A DNA stretch of 64,000 nt from positions 14,384,001 to 14,448,000 of the forward strand of contig CM068756.1 in the NCBI GenBank assembly GCA_035084275.1, written 5' to 3'. The translations under genes and the position numbers were made by a program. The DNA is from Hydrolagus colliei (Eukaryota). Shown in pieces: positions 11,321 to 23,739 of this stretch. Under the pieces are notes generated by a model. It had not been told where the DNA came from. It worked only from the letters and a program-made list of their open reading frames with translations, and did no database searches. The first letter of the stretch is position 1; the number at the start of each line of letters is the position of its first letter.

Positions 11321-14300
11321 TTATGCGGTTGCTGTTTCCATGACAGTGACAGCTTTGTATTTCCTGATATTTACTTCCGCATACTCTGAATTCTTGCCGC
11401 TGGGTTTAGCTTTTCCTGTTTGTTTGGAGCGAGGTAAATCCAGATCAGCGTAGGTCAGCTTGTCAGGGGCGGTTCCTCGCTTGGTCTGAAAAAGAACAAT
11501 GTTTGGGATTGTCTTTTTGCTGGTTCCATGTATAGATGTACATAGAATGGTACGGAAACTGGACAGCCAGTGTTTATACTTCACACGACATCCATCCTTG
11601 CCTATTTTCTTCTGTTCCTCTCGAATCTCTTCTCATTTATGCAACAAGTTTTATGTTGATAGTAATGTTACATTATTGTGAACCCATCATCCCGTGGCCA
11701 ATTGGTAAATATAATTCAAACTGCGATATCCAGCTGCAGATTTAAGGGCTGTAGATCTCAGCGACGAGCTGCCAGCCACTTTCATGTGTTGGTCCAGATT
11801 GGTTATCGCTGCCATTCCTAATTGCTCTATGAAAAACTAACATCTCAGGACATTTGAATAGGAACACATGTGATCCTCTTTAAATTATTTGGTGAATTGT
11901 TGCTTCTTGTATAAAGATACAATCTTAGCAATTGATAGCCTGGAAATGCTCTTTTAAACTGATCCGTTTTATAAATTTCCTTTATCGTCAGATAATAAAA
12001 TGATATTAGGTAAATCCTGAAAGGCTGAACGCGTTCGACAACCAAACGCAGCATCCAAAAGTGTTAGAAGATTCGATGGGATGGGATGGGGGTGGATTGG
12101 GGGAACAAAATCAAGGACAAATTTGGTTACCTGGGCGTATACTGTCCTCTCTTCCTGGTGTTTAGCTCTTGTTGTTTTATTGGAACTTTTCAAATCCAAT
12201 GTTACATAAGCCACATTGTCGCCCTGTGCTCCCTCCCCCATCTGTAAAACAAAATATAGAGTTAAATGGTTCCTCGATTGCCTTCCTTAATCCGTACTCT
12301 TTGACCATGGTATTGAATCAGTAGGGATTTTAGAGGAAACAACGGCTGTCTTCAAGTTGAATGGTTAAAGACAGATAATATTCAGTAAGAAGATCGAATT
12401 CTCTCTAGAGGCAGTGAAATTCATGTTTCCAACTGAGGTTTTGCCATGTACCCCCAGTGAAAATGTATTGCTGATTAAATGGATCAAACAAGAATTCTCA
12501 CTTAAAGTATTATCATTTAAAACATGCAGTTCCCAGTCACAGGCCTGACTTGGAAGGATTACTAGAAAGGTAAGTTACTGCCAGCAAACCGTGTTTATTC
12601 AAGGAACAACTTAATCCTGAATTGGGAAATAGATAGGTGTATAATTATGTAGGAATGATGCTAAGCTTGGGAAGTTTTAGTCCATACTCCAATTAAACGT
12701 AAGCCTGTCTTGTTGTGATGGGATGAGATGTGAACGGTGTCCTGGCGAATCATAATCAAGATAACTTAGTGATACACTTCGACAGCAACAACAAAATTGC
12801 ACGTGTATAGCGCCTTTCACGTCAGGAGGACGTCCGCAGGCGCTGGACAGTCACTGCTTCAGACCCGAGCTGAGGACAGGGGTGGGGGAAGGAAGTGGGG
12901 GATTAGGATTTGCCCATGGGTCCATCGAAGAGAAGTGTCTTGAGGCGAGACTTGAAGGAGGCCAGGATGGGGGTGAAACGGAAGGACTGCGAGATGGAGT
13001 TCCAGAGGTTGGGGCAGAGTGGTTGAAGGCTCGCCCACCAATGTTGAGGTGGGTGGATCGGGGAACGTGGAGAAGGCCAGAGCCTGCTGAGCAGAGGGTT
13101 GGTTAGGAGGTCATGGATGTAGAGTGAGGCGAGGTTGTGAAGGGCTTTAAATATGAGCAGCAGGATCTTGAATTGGATCCTCTGGTCCACGGTTTATAGA
13201 ACCATATTGAGTGCAAATTGGTTGTAGCAAATAGAGTCGCTACAATGATAACGATTAGCAGCCGTGAAGACATTTGGAATTATAGGGGCCACAATGATAA
13301 TTACTAAATTACCATGGTATTGGAGGAGAGGGTAGGAGAAATGGATAGAATAATTATAATCAGAGAGGAAGTTCTAAAAAGGTTGACGTCGCTCAAGGTG
13401 GATAAGTCACCTGGTCCGGATGGGATGCACCCTAGGTTACTAAGGGAGGCACGGGAGCAAATAGCAGGGACTCTGGCCACGATCATTCAATCTTCCTTGG
13501 ACACAGGGGTCATGCCAGAGGACTGGAGGATAGCTAATGTTACTCCCTTGTATAAAAAGGGGCAGAAGGACAAGCCTGGTAACTACAGACCAGTCAGTCT
13601 AACGTCGGTAGTGGGCAAACTTCTAGAGACCATAATCAGGGACAAGATAGATCTTCACTTAGAAAGATATAGGCTAATAAAGGACAGTCAACATGGATTT
13701 GTTAAAGGCAAATCTTGCCTTACAAATCTGATATAATTTTTTGATGAGGTAACGGAATGGGTGGATAATGGTAGCGCAGTTGATGTAGTTTACATGGACT
13801 TTCAAAAGGCATTTGACAAAGTGCCACATGAGAGACTTATAAGGAAATTAAAGGCCCATGGCGTAAAAGGGACAGTGGCAGCGTGGATCCACAACTGGCT
13901 GCGAGACAGAAAGCAGGGAGTTGTAGTGAGCGGCTGTTTTTCAGACTGGAGGGAAGTGAGCAGTGGTGTGCCACAGGGATCAGTTTTGGGACCATTGCTG
14001 TTTGTAATCTACATCAATGATCTGGACTTGGGTGCACGGAGTACAGTTTCCAAGTTTGCAGATGACACTAAGTTAGGGCGAATAGTAAATAGTGAGGAAG
14101 ATAGTAGCCATCTGCAAGAGGATATAGACAAATTGGTAAAGTGGGCAGACACATGGCAGATGAAGTTTAATGCAGAGAAGTGTGAGGTGATGCATTTTGG
14201 GAGAAGAAATGAAGGGAGGCAATATAGGCTAGATAGTACAATTTTAAATGGTGTGAAGGAACAGAGAGACCTGGGGATTTGTGTTAGTGACTCATTGAAG

Positions 14301-17300
14301 GTGGCAGGACAGGCTGTTAAGAAGGCATATGGGATACTAGGCTTTATAAATAGGGGTTTAGAGTACAAAAGTCAGGAAGTGCTGACTAACCTCTATAAGA
14401 CTTTGGTGAGGCCTCAGCTGGAATACTGTGTTCAATTCTGGTCACCACATTACAGAAAGGATGTGAAGACATTGGAAAGGGTACAAAGAAGATTTACTAG
14501 GATGGTGCCAGGATTGAGGGACTTCAGCTATGAGGAGAGGCTAGATAGGCGAGGGTTATTCTCTCTGGAGCAGAGAAGATTGAGGGGAGACCTAATAGAG
14601 GTTTATAAGATCATGAGGGGTTTCGACAGGGCAAATAGAGAAAAACTATTTCCACTCGTGGGCGAATCTGTGACTCGTGGTCACAGATTTAAAATAGTTT
14701 CAAGGTGAAGTAGAGGGGAGCCGAGGAGAAATTTTTTCACTCAGCGAGTTGTTCGAATCTGGAATGCATTGCCTGAAAAGGTGGTGGAGGCTGATTCGAT
14801 AACAACTTTTAAAAGGGAATTAGATCTTTATTTAGGGAGAACAGGTCTATTAGGCTATGGGGAGCGGGCACGGCAGTGGGATTGAATCGCTCTTTTCAAA
14901 GAGCCGGCACAGACTAGATGGGCCGAATGGCCTCCTTTTGTGCCGTAAAATTCTATGAATCTACGAATCAAAATTGGTCCATTGGTCACCCAAATGATTT
15001 CGTAGAACCATAGAATCTTACGGCACAAAAGGAGGCTATTTGGCGCATTAATTCTGTGCCGACTCTTTGAAAAGAGCAATTCAATCCCACTCTCCAGCTC
15101 TCTCCCCATAACCACACAAGCCTCTCCTCCCCAAATAAACATCTACCTCTCTTTTAAAAGTTGTTATCGAATCGATAACAACTAATTTGGTGATACACTT
15201 ACCCAATCTTCAAGATTGCCTGATCGAGTCGGGTTTCCCTGTGATCCTAAATATGAATAAAATTTACTGAATTAAATATTTACTCATTCAAGGTTAACAC
15301 TAAAATAATATCTTGGTTCTACATTTTGGAATAAATGTAATGTCACGTAGAATCTCCACGTCACTCATTCTTTCTGAATATTCTGAACGCTGGAATTATT
15401 TCTGTTACTTATTTTAAATCTCAATATGGCTACACCTGACAAAGTATTCCTTAAATCTTTTTGTTTTTCATCTTAAGAAACTTACTTGTTTCCTGTACTG
15501 TGGGCTGCATCTTTATGCTGGGACTCAAAATAATAAAAACATATTTTCGATTTCACGCATGCAATATAATCTATAACCGAATTGTATTACTGATAAACGT
15601 TAACTTGGTTCTAGTCCCTGCATTTGTTTGAAGCCATTCATCACCACAGTTAATTACAAATGCACATAATTCAACGTGTTTTAAGCCGGTTGAAATATAT
15701 TAAGTCAGATTTCAGACATTGGGTGTTGGAAAATAAGAAATTCTGGGATATTACAGTTCACCGTGTGAAATTGTTACAGTACTGAATCTGCTGCAATAAC
15801 TACAAGGAACATTTTCTCTGTGCTATGCATTGGTGCTTTCTAAGGTTTTGTATCAATAAATAAAGTTTAGAATTAATTGCAATGAAACCATAATTTGCTT
15901 ACCATTTTTCAATTGGTATCGCCACAAAATTAAGATCAAAAGCAACAGAAATATGAACACACCCGCCGCACATCCACCCCATAGTGCGTATTCGATTTCA
16001 CTTGTATTATCTGGAGAAGTAGAGTACATGGAGGTGAAACTGTACATTGTGTAGAGGGACGATTTGTAGATTCAGTAGAATAAAAATTTTAGGCAGTTCA
16101 TTTGTAAATTATATCTTGCAGTGATTTCAAGTAATTATTAAGCACAGTATCCAGTTTTATCTATTATATCTAATACTAATCTGTGTATTTGTTGAAATAT
16201 GAATAAACATTACAAGGAGACCATCACTGAAAACAGTTTGATAGTAATGTAGGGAAATACGGGTGTAGCCAATGAATCCGCTCTCGTTTATTCTGATCAT
16301 GGCTCTTGGTTTTAATATGCAGGAGAGGGTGGCACACAGAATAATGAAATAGAACATTGATTTCCAGAGTAACCCTCACAAAATACAATCCATAAATTGT
16401 AGCGTAAGATGCTTGTACCTGTTGACATCTGATTGCAATGAACAGTGCTCATTTCCTAACAAACAAAAAGCAGGAACTTGATGGGATAAAAAACATTTGA
16501 TGATCAGGTGTACTGAGCTGCCCGAGGTTATCGGACACTACCATTTGGATAATATTGGTTCGGTTCAACAAAATACTTGATGATTCACGTAAAATCTTTC
16601 ACAATCAAACGGCATAATGTAGCTGATCACCATCATGCACCCTCATCACCATCTCAACACATTTGTCTCCTTTTAACTCTGGCATCGCTTCCTATCGCTA
16701 CAGGTCTCCCGGGAGAGAGAGACAGTCACATTCCATGCCTCAAGTCACAGGCAGGAGCTGCCGAACATTGGCTGTACCTCAGGGCTCAATCCCTGTTCTT
16801 CTGACCTTCACTATCTATATGCTCCCACTTGGCGACAGCATCCATAGACATGTATCGCATGTCCACAGAAATCAGGATCTTGCAAAGAAATGAATCAAAA
16901 TTGATTTTTTCCAGATGATTGATGAAATTAATATGATTTTCCTCCATTATCTGTTCTACAGTTCCCCCAACCCCACTGAGGATTTTCTGTAGGAATTCAA
17001 CTAAGCATTGGACAATTGTGTGTGAAACTACCGCGTTTTACCCAAAGGATTTCACCCTCACATGGTATAAAAATGGGAACCAAATTACACCAACATCAGG
17101 ATCTCCCGTCCTCCTCCACACAAAACATCCACCTTCAGCCCGATTAGTGTCAAACATCAAGTCTTTGATGAGCTCTGACTTTCTTCAGCTGAATAATAAT
17201 CATCTCTGCATTTTAGTTAGAGCCTTATATATCGAAATCAGTGATTAATATTATTACTACCATCTCGTTATTGTTGTCTCAAATTGCATGAGACAATTGA

Positions 17301-19253
17301 CTGAAAGGCGCTATACAAATGTATTTTTGTTATTGATTTTGTTAATCAATGCAACTAAGACAATTGAATTATCAACAGTTGACTTTTTAAAATTCAGTTA
17401 GCTTCTTACCTGCGTTAGGTTTTGGGATGGAATGTTTTGTGTCAGTGTAGGTGGCAATAGCTGCAGACTTCAGGCTGACGTGGGACACCAGACAAGTATA
17501 AACAGACGCTATCTGGACAGACTGTGTGTCTTCAATAGAGCTAGAGACCTTATAGAGTTCCCACGAGTTCTGCTTTTCTATGGTTACTGTCTCTTCCACC
17601 TTGATTCCTGATGTTGGTGTAATTTCGTTCCCATCTTTATACCATATGAGGGTGAAATCCTTTGGGTAAAACGCGGTAGTTTCACACACAATTGTCCGAT
17701 GCTTAGTTGAATTCCTAGAGAAAATCCTCAGTGGAGTTGGGGGAACTGTAGAACAGATAATGGAGGAAAATCATATTAAATTTCATCAATCATCTGGAAA
17801 AATTCAATTTTGATTCATTTCTTTGCAAGATCCTGATTTCTGAGAGCAAACGGAGGTTTCTTTAGATACACAAATATCACTCGCACAGCTGAAGATGCCT
17901 TCCTCCTACTTTAATTACTTTGTTGTTTGAACATTAATATTCAGTCATAATAATTGTCTTCAATAACATACGACGTATAATGATTAGCAGACAGAATTGA
18001 TCGCTGCAAACTCTTGAACAGGGGAGATAGTGGATTCCTGACAGGAATCAGCACACTGTGGTATTCTAGATCAATTGATAACATTCCAGCCTCTGAATTA
18101 GCGTGGCTTCATGCTCCACATCGGGACTTAGAATTCATATAGTCAACACTGAAACACCCGCTGCAATGCCATTCTTAGGATGAGAAATCAAATCTGGGAA
18201 CATTTGCGCTGCCTCCACTCTCCTGGGTCCGGCCTCCTGGTTGTCCCCAATCCTCCGTTCAACCATCGGCGGCCGTGCTTTCAGCCACTACCCGAAGCTT
18301 TAGAACTACCTCTCTCAACCCCTTCACCTCAACCCCTTCACCTCAACCCCTTCACCTCAACCCCTTCACCTCAACCCCTTCCTTTCCCATGTGCAGGTCG
18401 CGCCTGAAGACCTTCTGTTCGACGGCGCCTATGGCTTCAGCCTCGAGGCTCCGCCAGTCTGAAGCGCTCTGATTCGCTGCCCGGTATGGAGTGCGCTATA
18501 GCAAAGCCAGCTGTTGCTTTAACATTATTCGATAAGTGTGGTGAGTTGTACTATTTTGTGTTTTAGGTGTGCAGAGGTTAATTCTCACTTAATATACTGT
18601 ACTCTAAAAACTAGTGAACAAACTAGTATGAACAAACAATACGAAAAGCTTTAAAGCATTCACTGCATTTATTACTTTCTATGTAATTTTCAGGTGCTTT
18701 CACTCTTCACTACACACTCACCCTGCACAGTTAAACGTGATCCAGGTCCTGTTCCAATTCCTGATCCCTGACGGATCACTGAGCAGCGATAGACTCCAGA
18801 GTCCTGTAAACTCACATTCAGGAGCTGGAAGAAGCCGCTTCCTTTGCTTTTCACACCAAATGTTTTCCTGCTGTCCGCCTGTGTGTCCAAGTAGCCGTCC
18901 TCACCCTCCTTCTCCCACTTCACCTCCACTTCAGAACCGTGTTGAGAGAAGGGGAAGATACAGATGAAATTGATGTCTGACCCTTTGATGACAGTCGTAT
19001 GTTCGGGGTTTTGACTCACTATGACCGAAGAACCTTCAGGGACTGTCAGAAAAGAAAGTCAATCAATGATACATTAGATGATGCGTCGTGGAGTAAACAG
19101 ACGAGTAAAAGAGGAAAGGACCGTAAGTGTATATAATTAACGCAAAGAAACAAGCTTGCACATATTTCATAGAAGAACTAAATTATAGAGTAAACATATA
19201 CCTGTTAAAATAAAAGTTAAGACAGACAGGTACAGAAAGACAACGCTCCCCAT
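11321..19253 (-). CDS. G2: intact inhibitory SIRP-alpha-like V-C1 receptor (type-2 V), four-tyrosine tail
   Basis: Leader 19202-19253 (MGSVVFLYLSVLTFILT), V 18722-19042, C1 17410-17745, TM 15903-16010 (YALWGGCAAGVFIFLLLLILILW), cyt1 15203-15246 (GSQGNPTRSGNLEDW), exon A 12131-12241 (VAYVTL...TVYAQ), exon B 11321-11485 (LTYADL...SEYAEV...*). Phases are 1-1-1-1-0-0 and the frame is open. Confidence 0.88.
12785..13190 (-). mobile_element. L2-type LINE 3' fragment
   Basis: (CAA)n followed by tatagcgcctttcac tail. It is absent from the paralogous intron copy at about 7.03 kb. Confidence 0.7.
13305..14969 (+). mobile_element. 5'-truncated CR1 LINE, ORF2 reverse-transcriptase region
   Basis: ORFs 13314-13736 and 13761-14708 contain KSPGPDG, PEDW, NYRPVSL, DFQKAFD, GVPQGSVLGP and FADD. 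Stops fall at 13734 and 14706, and the tail is (TTCTATGA)-like. The pre-insertion site is preserved at 8120. Confidence 0.92.
15003..15170 (-). mobile_element. CR1 3'-end fragment
   Basis: Reverse complement of 14800-14960. Confidence 0.75.
16866..17101 (+). repeat. Inverted duplicate of G2 C1 acceptor region and 5' part of the C1 exon
   Basis: Reverse complement of 17606-17842 with about 8 differences by manual alignment. The ORF 17018-17248 CETTAFYPKDFTLTW is this copy. Confidence 0.9.
18170..18520 (+). mobile_element. L2-type LINE 3' fragment with an internal 14-bp tandem repeat
   Basis: L2 3' sequence, with aaccccttcacctc repeated about 4 times at 18317-18378. Confidence 0.65.
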
Positions 19254-19318
19254 GTCCGTCCCTGGCTCTGCTGAGGTTGTGATACGCGGGTGAAGCGTTT
19301 GTTGCAGAGTAAGCAGCC

Positions 19319-19335
19319 GTGACACTGACTTCCTG
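19319..19335 (-). promoter_or_regulatory. ETS (CAGGAAGT) proximal promoter element of G2
   Basis: gtgacactgacttcctg is identical upstream of the G3 leader (21576-21592). Confidence 0.5.
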
Positions 19336-19920
19336 TTTTACATGGCTTTCTTCAATGAATCCAAACTGAAGGTGTATTGTTTGCTTTAAAGTATTGTTTG
19401 CTTTAAAAAAGTTTGCGTTGAACCGACGCCCTCAACCACAGAACACGCACGTAGCAAGAATGCATATCTGTTGTTACATCAACATTGAAATATTGTGCCC
19501 AGTAGGTACAGCTACTTTACAACAACAACTTAGATTATATAGCGCCCTCCACGCCGGACGGCGTCTCAGAGCTCTTTTCGTATTACTTTACTGTAATACG
19601 AACAGTGTAATTGCTGGAAAAAGTTCACAACCCGTGTTCTATGTGTAACTCAAGACAGCAAGACTCTTGTGATGGAATTATCCTTTGATATTTACAAGTA
19701 AGGCAGGACTATTTGGGTTTTGATGCTGAATTGTTTCATATCCGGTATATTTTTAGCAGATAGGTGAATAATTCAACACCCACGCTTCAAATTATTTCAC
19801 TGCTTTGGACTATTCCGCCACACATTGTTAACCAGCTCTTAAATTATCCCTCGCCAGGTGTTGTTTCGTTGATGTTGATGAGACAGGGCGACTAGAGGAG
19901 ACCGGTTTATACAACTTGCT

Positions 19921-19926
19921 TTTATT
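19921..19926 (-). promoter_or_regulatory. Putative polyadenylation signal of G3
   Basis: AATAAA in the conserved 3' flank block shared with G1 and G5. Confidence 0.5.
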
Positions 19927-20268
19927 GAAAGGCCGATTGAGCGTGCCGCACAGCAGTTCCCTATACCGTATTGTAACAGTTAAAGAGCTATTTTCTAATC
20001 AAATAATTCAGCAGTTACCTTTATGGATTGATCAGATTCACAGTGAATACATTTTGGCAATTAAATATGGTTATATGTGTATTGTAAGCAATATTTTCCG
20101 ATGAATTTCCTGAGAACGTATTGCTTAACAAACTAATAAATGCAATTATGGTTTAAGCAGCTGCAAATAGAATAGTTGCACAGAATTAATGTGCACGTTA
20201 TTCACTGTGGTGGATAAACTGTATCTAATGTACACCCCACACCAATACCAGTTTCTATCCCTGATGCA

Positions 20269-21516
20269 TTACTTTGATCTTGGTTCCCTGACCACGGCTG
20301 CTCCTCCGTGGTTTCTCAGATGGAGCTCAGCTTACTCTGTATCATTAACGGTAGTCAAATTCAACGTGACATAAGCCACCATCAACTTCTCTGCTCCGTG
20401 CATCATCTTTTACAGATAACATGACCACAACAACAACACATTGTGTTTGTAGAACACCTTTATTGTTGGGAGTACATCGCAGGGCGCTGACAGATTGTTG
20501 GATTCGCTGTTCTACCGATCGCTGTATACGTACTCATCGTGATGCTGATAAGTTTAGAATACTTCAAATATTTAAGAAGGAAACTTACATATTTATTAAA
20601 TATGCTGTTAACAATTACATGACATCTCGTATTTCAGTGATACCCCCACCACCCGCTCGGGTCCTGACCAGACTGTTCAGTGCTTTGGGACGTCCTCCCG
20701 AAGCGAAATGTGCTATATAGGTGCAATTTTGTTGTCGTTGTTGTTGATACATTGGGATTGAATAATTGCATGTGGGGATTGCATTTAAAATGTTCTTGTT
20801 TGCGGTGAACTGTATCTTTCCATTTCAACAACTCTGTTTTCAGATTAAATATCTGCTGCAATATAATGTACCTATTCTTCGCAATGTCTCAATCCCTTCT
20901 GATTTCTGCTTGTGCCTTTGAAAGAAATTCATATTTTGCTTAGACCAAATGAAAAACGTTTCGAAGCTCACGAGCTACCAGAGTCTATATTTCTAAAAAT
21001 ATATATAAAAAGTTGTCATCTTGAATCAAACTGAGTTTACTTAGCGGCTAATCTAAACACAGATGTGGAGTCACAAAAATCAGACAATTGTGATAAATTA
21101 TTTTGCACTCATTCCTTTCAACGTATTTCCATCCACTGCCCCGCGCTCCCTGAAACTCCATCCAAGAGCCTCTTTCAAGCACATCCTTCAAAAGCTTTGA
21201 TGAAATAACCAATTAATAGCTTGTTAAGGGGATAAGATATCAAACCCAAAAGGTAGCCACACTTTCGGGGATTTGAGTCACTTTCACTGAAGAATCACCA
21301 GCAACTGTGAGAAGATCGTCAAACAATGATATCTTAGATAATGTGTCAATGGGAAAAGCAAGCGAGTAAAAGAGGAAGAAACATGAGTGTGTATGATAAG
21401 CAGCAGATGGAAACAAGCTTGCACACATTTCATAGAATAACTAAATTGTAGAATAAATGTATACCTGTTGAAATCATATGTAAGACAGAGAGGTGCAGAA
21501 AGATAACACTGGCCAT
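20269..21516 (-). pseudogene. G3: internally deleted chimeric SIRP-like gene lacking most of V and all of C1 and TM
   Basis: Leader 21465-21516 (MASVIFLHLSVLHMIST). V start 21256-21304 (VAGDSSVKVTQIPESV) is fused to the TM-cyt1 intron. Cyt1 20872-20915 ends in TAG. Fused A/B exon 20269-20406 reads MMHGAEKLMVAYVTLNLTTVNDTE*. Confidence 0.85.
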
Positions 21517-22482
21517 GTCTAACTCTGGCTCTGATGAGCTGCAAACGTGGAGTGTTTGATATAGAGTACGTAGCTGTGACACTGACTTCCTGTTTCTTTG
21601 GGTTTGTGAAATGTAGCTGTTGTGGTCGATGTGAATAGTAATCCACTTCTTCAGTAAAATTGTGAAAACAATAATAATAATAATAATTATAATTAATAAT
21701 AATAATTCCTATTAATAGCATAGTTAAACAAATATCTAAACATAAAATAATAGTGTTCAGCATCACTTTCTCCAACCAGAAATGTTGTTTTCAGCATCAA
21801 CTTCACTTGGGAGTCAATAATTTCAGAAACATGCCAATCTGGTGCAATATTTCTGCTGATAGTTCTCTCTGTCCCATGTTGGTAGAAATTAATCTTTCCC
21901 TCTAAAGCGTGCCCCATCCCTCTGAACCTTCAAATGATTGTCCCATCTTAATCCTACCCTTCTTATCCAAAGTCCTGGCCACTGAACTTTACTTCCAACT
22001 GTTTCTCCACTGTATCTTAGAAGTCTATTTTCTACCCAAACCCAAAACAGCACAGTCAAAGTAACGTTGATACTGTGCACACTCTCTGTGTTTGTTTCCC
22101 CTTTTCTCTCTGGAACTACAGCCCTATGCTGTTTTATGTTCCTTCGTATCCAAGTTTCTAGTCACTTAACGTTGCTCCCACTTTTTACTTCACTCAGTAC
22201 TAGAATCCCTCAAGTTAAGTTTCTGTTGACAACATAGAAACAAATCCTCGACACAGTAAGCAATGATGTGCTGTCTCTCTCTGCTTCTCTCTCTCTCTCT
22301 CTCTCGTGCTCTCTCTTGTGTGTCTTTCTCTCTCTCAGCAACCACAGTGCCCCTGCCTTCTTGTCCTCCTCGATGTTCTGTTGGTTTTAACATAGTCCTC
22401 TGTCATTACTTGATGACTTCCCATCCCACATCCACCCCTTTGGTACTGTATGGCCACTTGCAAAGTATCCAAGAACTGTATT

Positions 22483-23500
22483 CTGTAGCCCTTTAGCTCT
22501 GTAATTAGAGCACTCGCCTTACAAGAGTGAGACCTGTGCTCGATTCCAGGGAAGTCAGGGCAAAACCTTGGGTAAATTTCCTTTCTCCACACAACTAATA
22601 ATAATCCCTAAAAATTTTTTTTTTAATTGGTTGTTTCGATCCATGACTATTTGTGGGAAATGGCTGTGTGAAATTGGCTGCCGCATTTCTGCCACAAATA
22701 TAGAATCATAGAATCTCACGGCACATAAGGAGGCCATTTAGCCCATCGAGTCTGTGCCGGCTCTTTAAAAAGAGCAATTTAATCCCACTCTCCAGCTCTC
22801 TCCCCATCACTTCGCAAATCTGTCCTCCCAAAATAAATGTCTACCTCCCTTTTAAAAGTTGTTATCGAATTGGTATATGGTCAATTCACTTCACAGTGTA
22901 ATCCCAAGTTGCAGATCTTCCAAAACTCTGCAGCTCATGTCCTCTACCGCACCAGGCTCCACGATTCCATCCCTCCCAGCGTTGCCCGGGTCCATTTACT
23001 CCCCATCCCCCAGAGGATCCAACTCAAGATACTCATCCTCACTTTTAAGCCCATCCATGGCTTTGCCCCTTTCTATCCCTCTGACTCCCTACCAACCTGC
23101 CCACCTCCTCCGTTCAGCAGGCTCTGGTCTGCTCCATGTCTACCGCCTGACCAACCCTATCATTGCTTTCCAGCCTCTCTGCCCCCCACACACTCAAACT
23201 CCATCTCACAGTCCATTCGCTTCACTTCCTCCCTTCCCTCCTTCAAGGCTGCTCTCAAGACCTGCCTTTTTGATCATGTCGTCTGCTGCACTCCTTCCTC
23301 TCTCTCTCTGCTCCCCGTCCCCTGGCCCTGCCCCATGCTCGGGTCCTGACCTCTGACTGTTCAACACATTGTACAGTCTTCCTGATGTGAAAGACGCTTC
23401 TATGTTGTTTTTAACAACATATTCTGTGAAGTGATTTGAGAAATCTAGAAGATGTGAAAAGAACTGTATCAAATGCAAGGATTATTATTATTATTAACTA
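22483..23500. mobile_element. Nested SINE (+), CR1 3' tail (-) and L2 3' fragment (+)
   Basis: SINE head at about 22485, CR1 tail 22703-22870, L2 ORF2 C-terminus (LQIFQNSAAH..LH.LPI..RIQLKIL) 22900-23400, then the SINE tail. Confidence 0.65.
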
Positions 23501-23739
23501 TATTTTTCAACTTCTGCTGTTGATTCTAGGTCCACTGATGCTCTATCTGTATGTGTGTTAAGTCCTAGATGACCCCAGACTTTCTCTAACTTAATATGGA
23601 TGACAGAAGCCTATTTGCCTTCTGCAAACATTGCCTTTCTTCCATGCCTTGCTGTACCCTCTCTGTTCCTCCATTAGTGGCCATATTTTCAGTTATTTTC
23701 CCACAAAATACACAGAAACATAATTTCAGATTGTAGGAA

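Noticed and set aside
13314-14708. Functional reverse transcriptase
   Set aside because: The element is 5'-truncated with no endonuclease and has in-frame stops at 13734-13736 and 14706-14708.
17018-17248. Plus-strand C1 receptor gene
   Set aside because: It is the inverted partial duplicate of the G2 C1 exon and breaks off after the C strand into repeat sequence.
18317-18378. CRISPR-like or functional repeat arrays (also 31030-31170, 51945-51980)
   Set aside because: These are head-to-tail micro/minisatellites without spacers in a vertebrate context.
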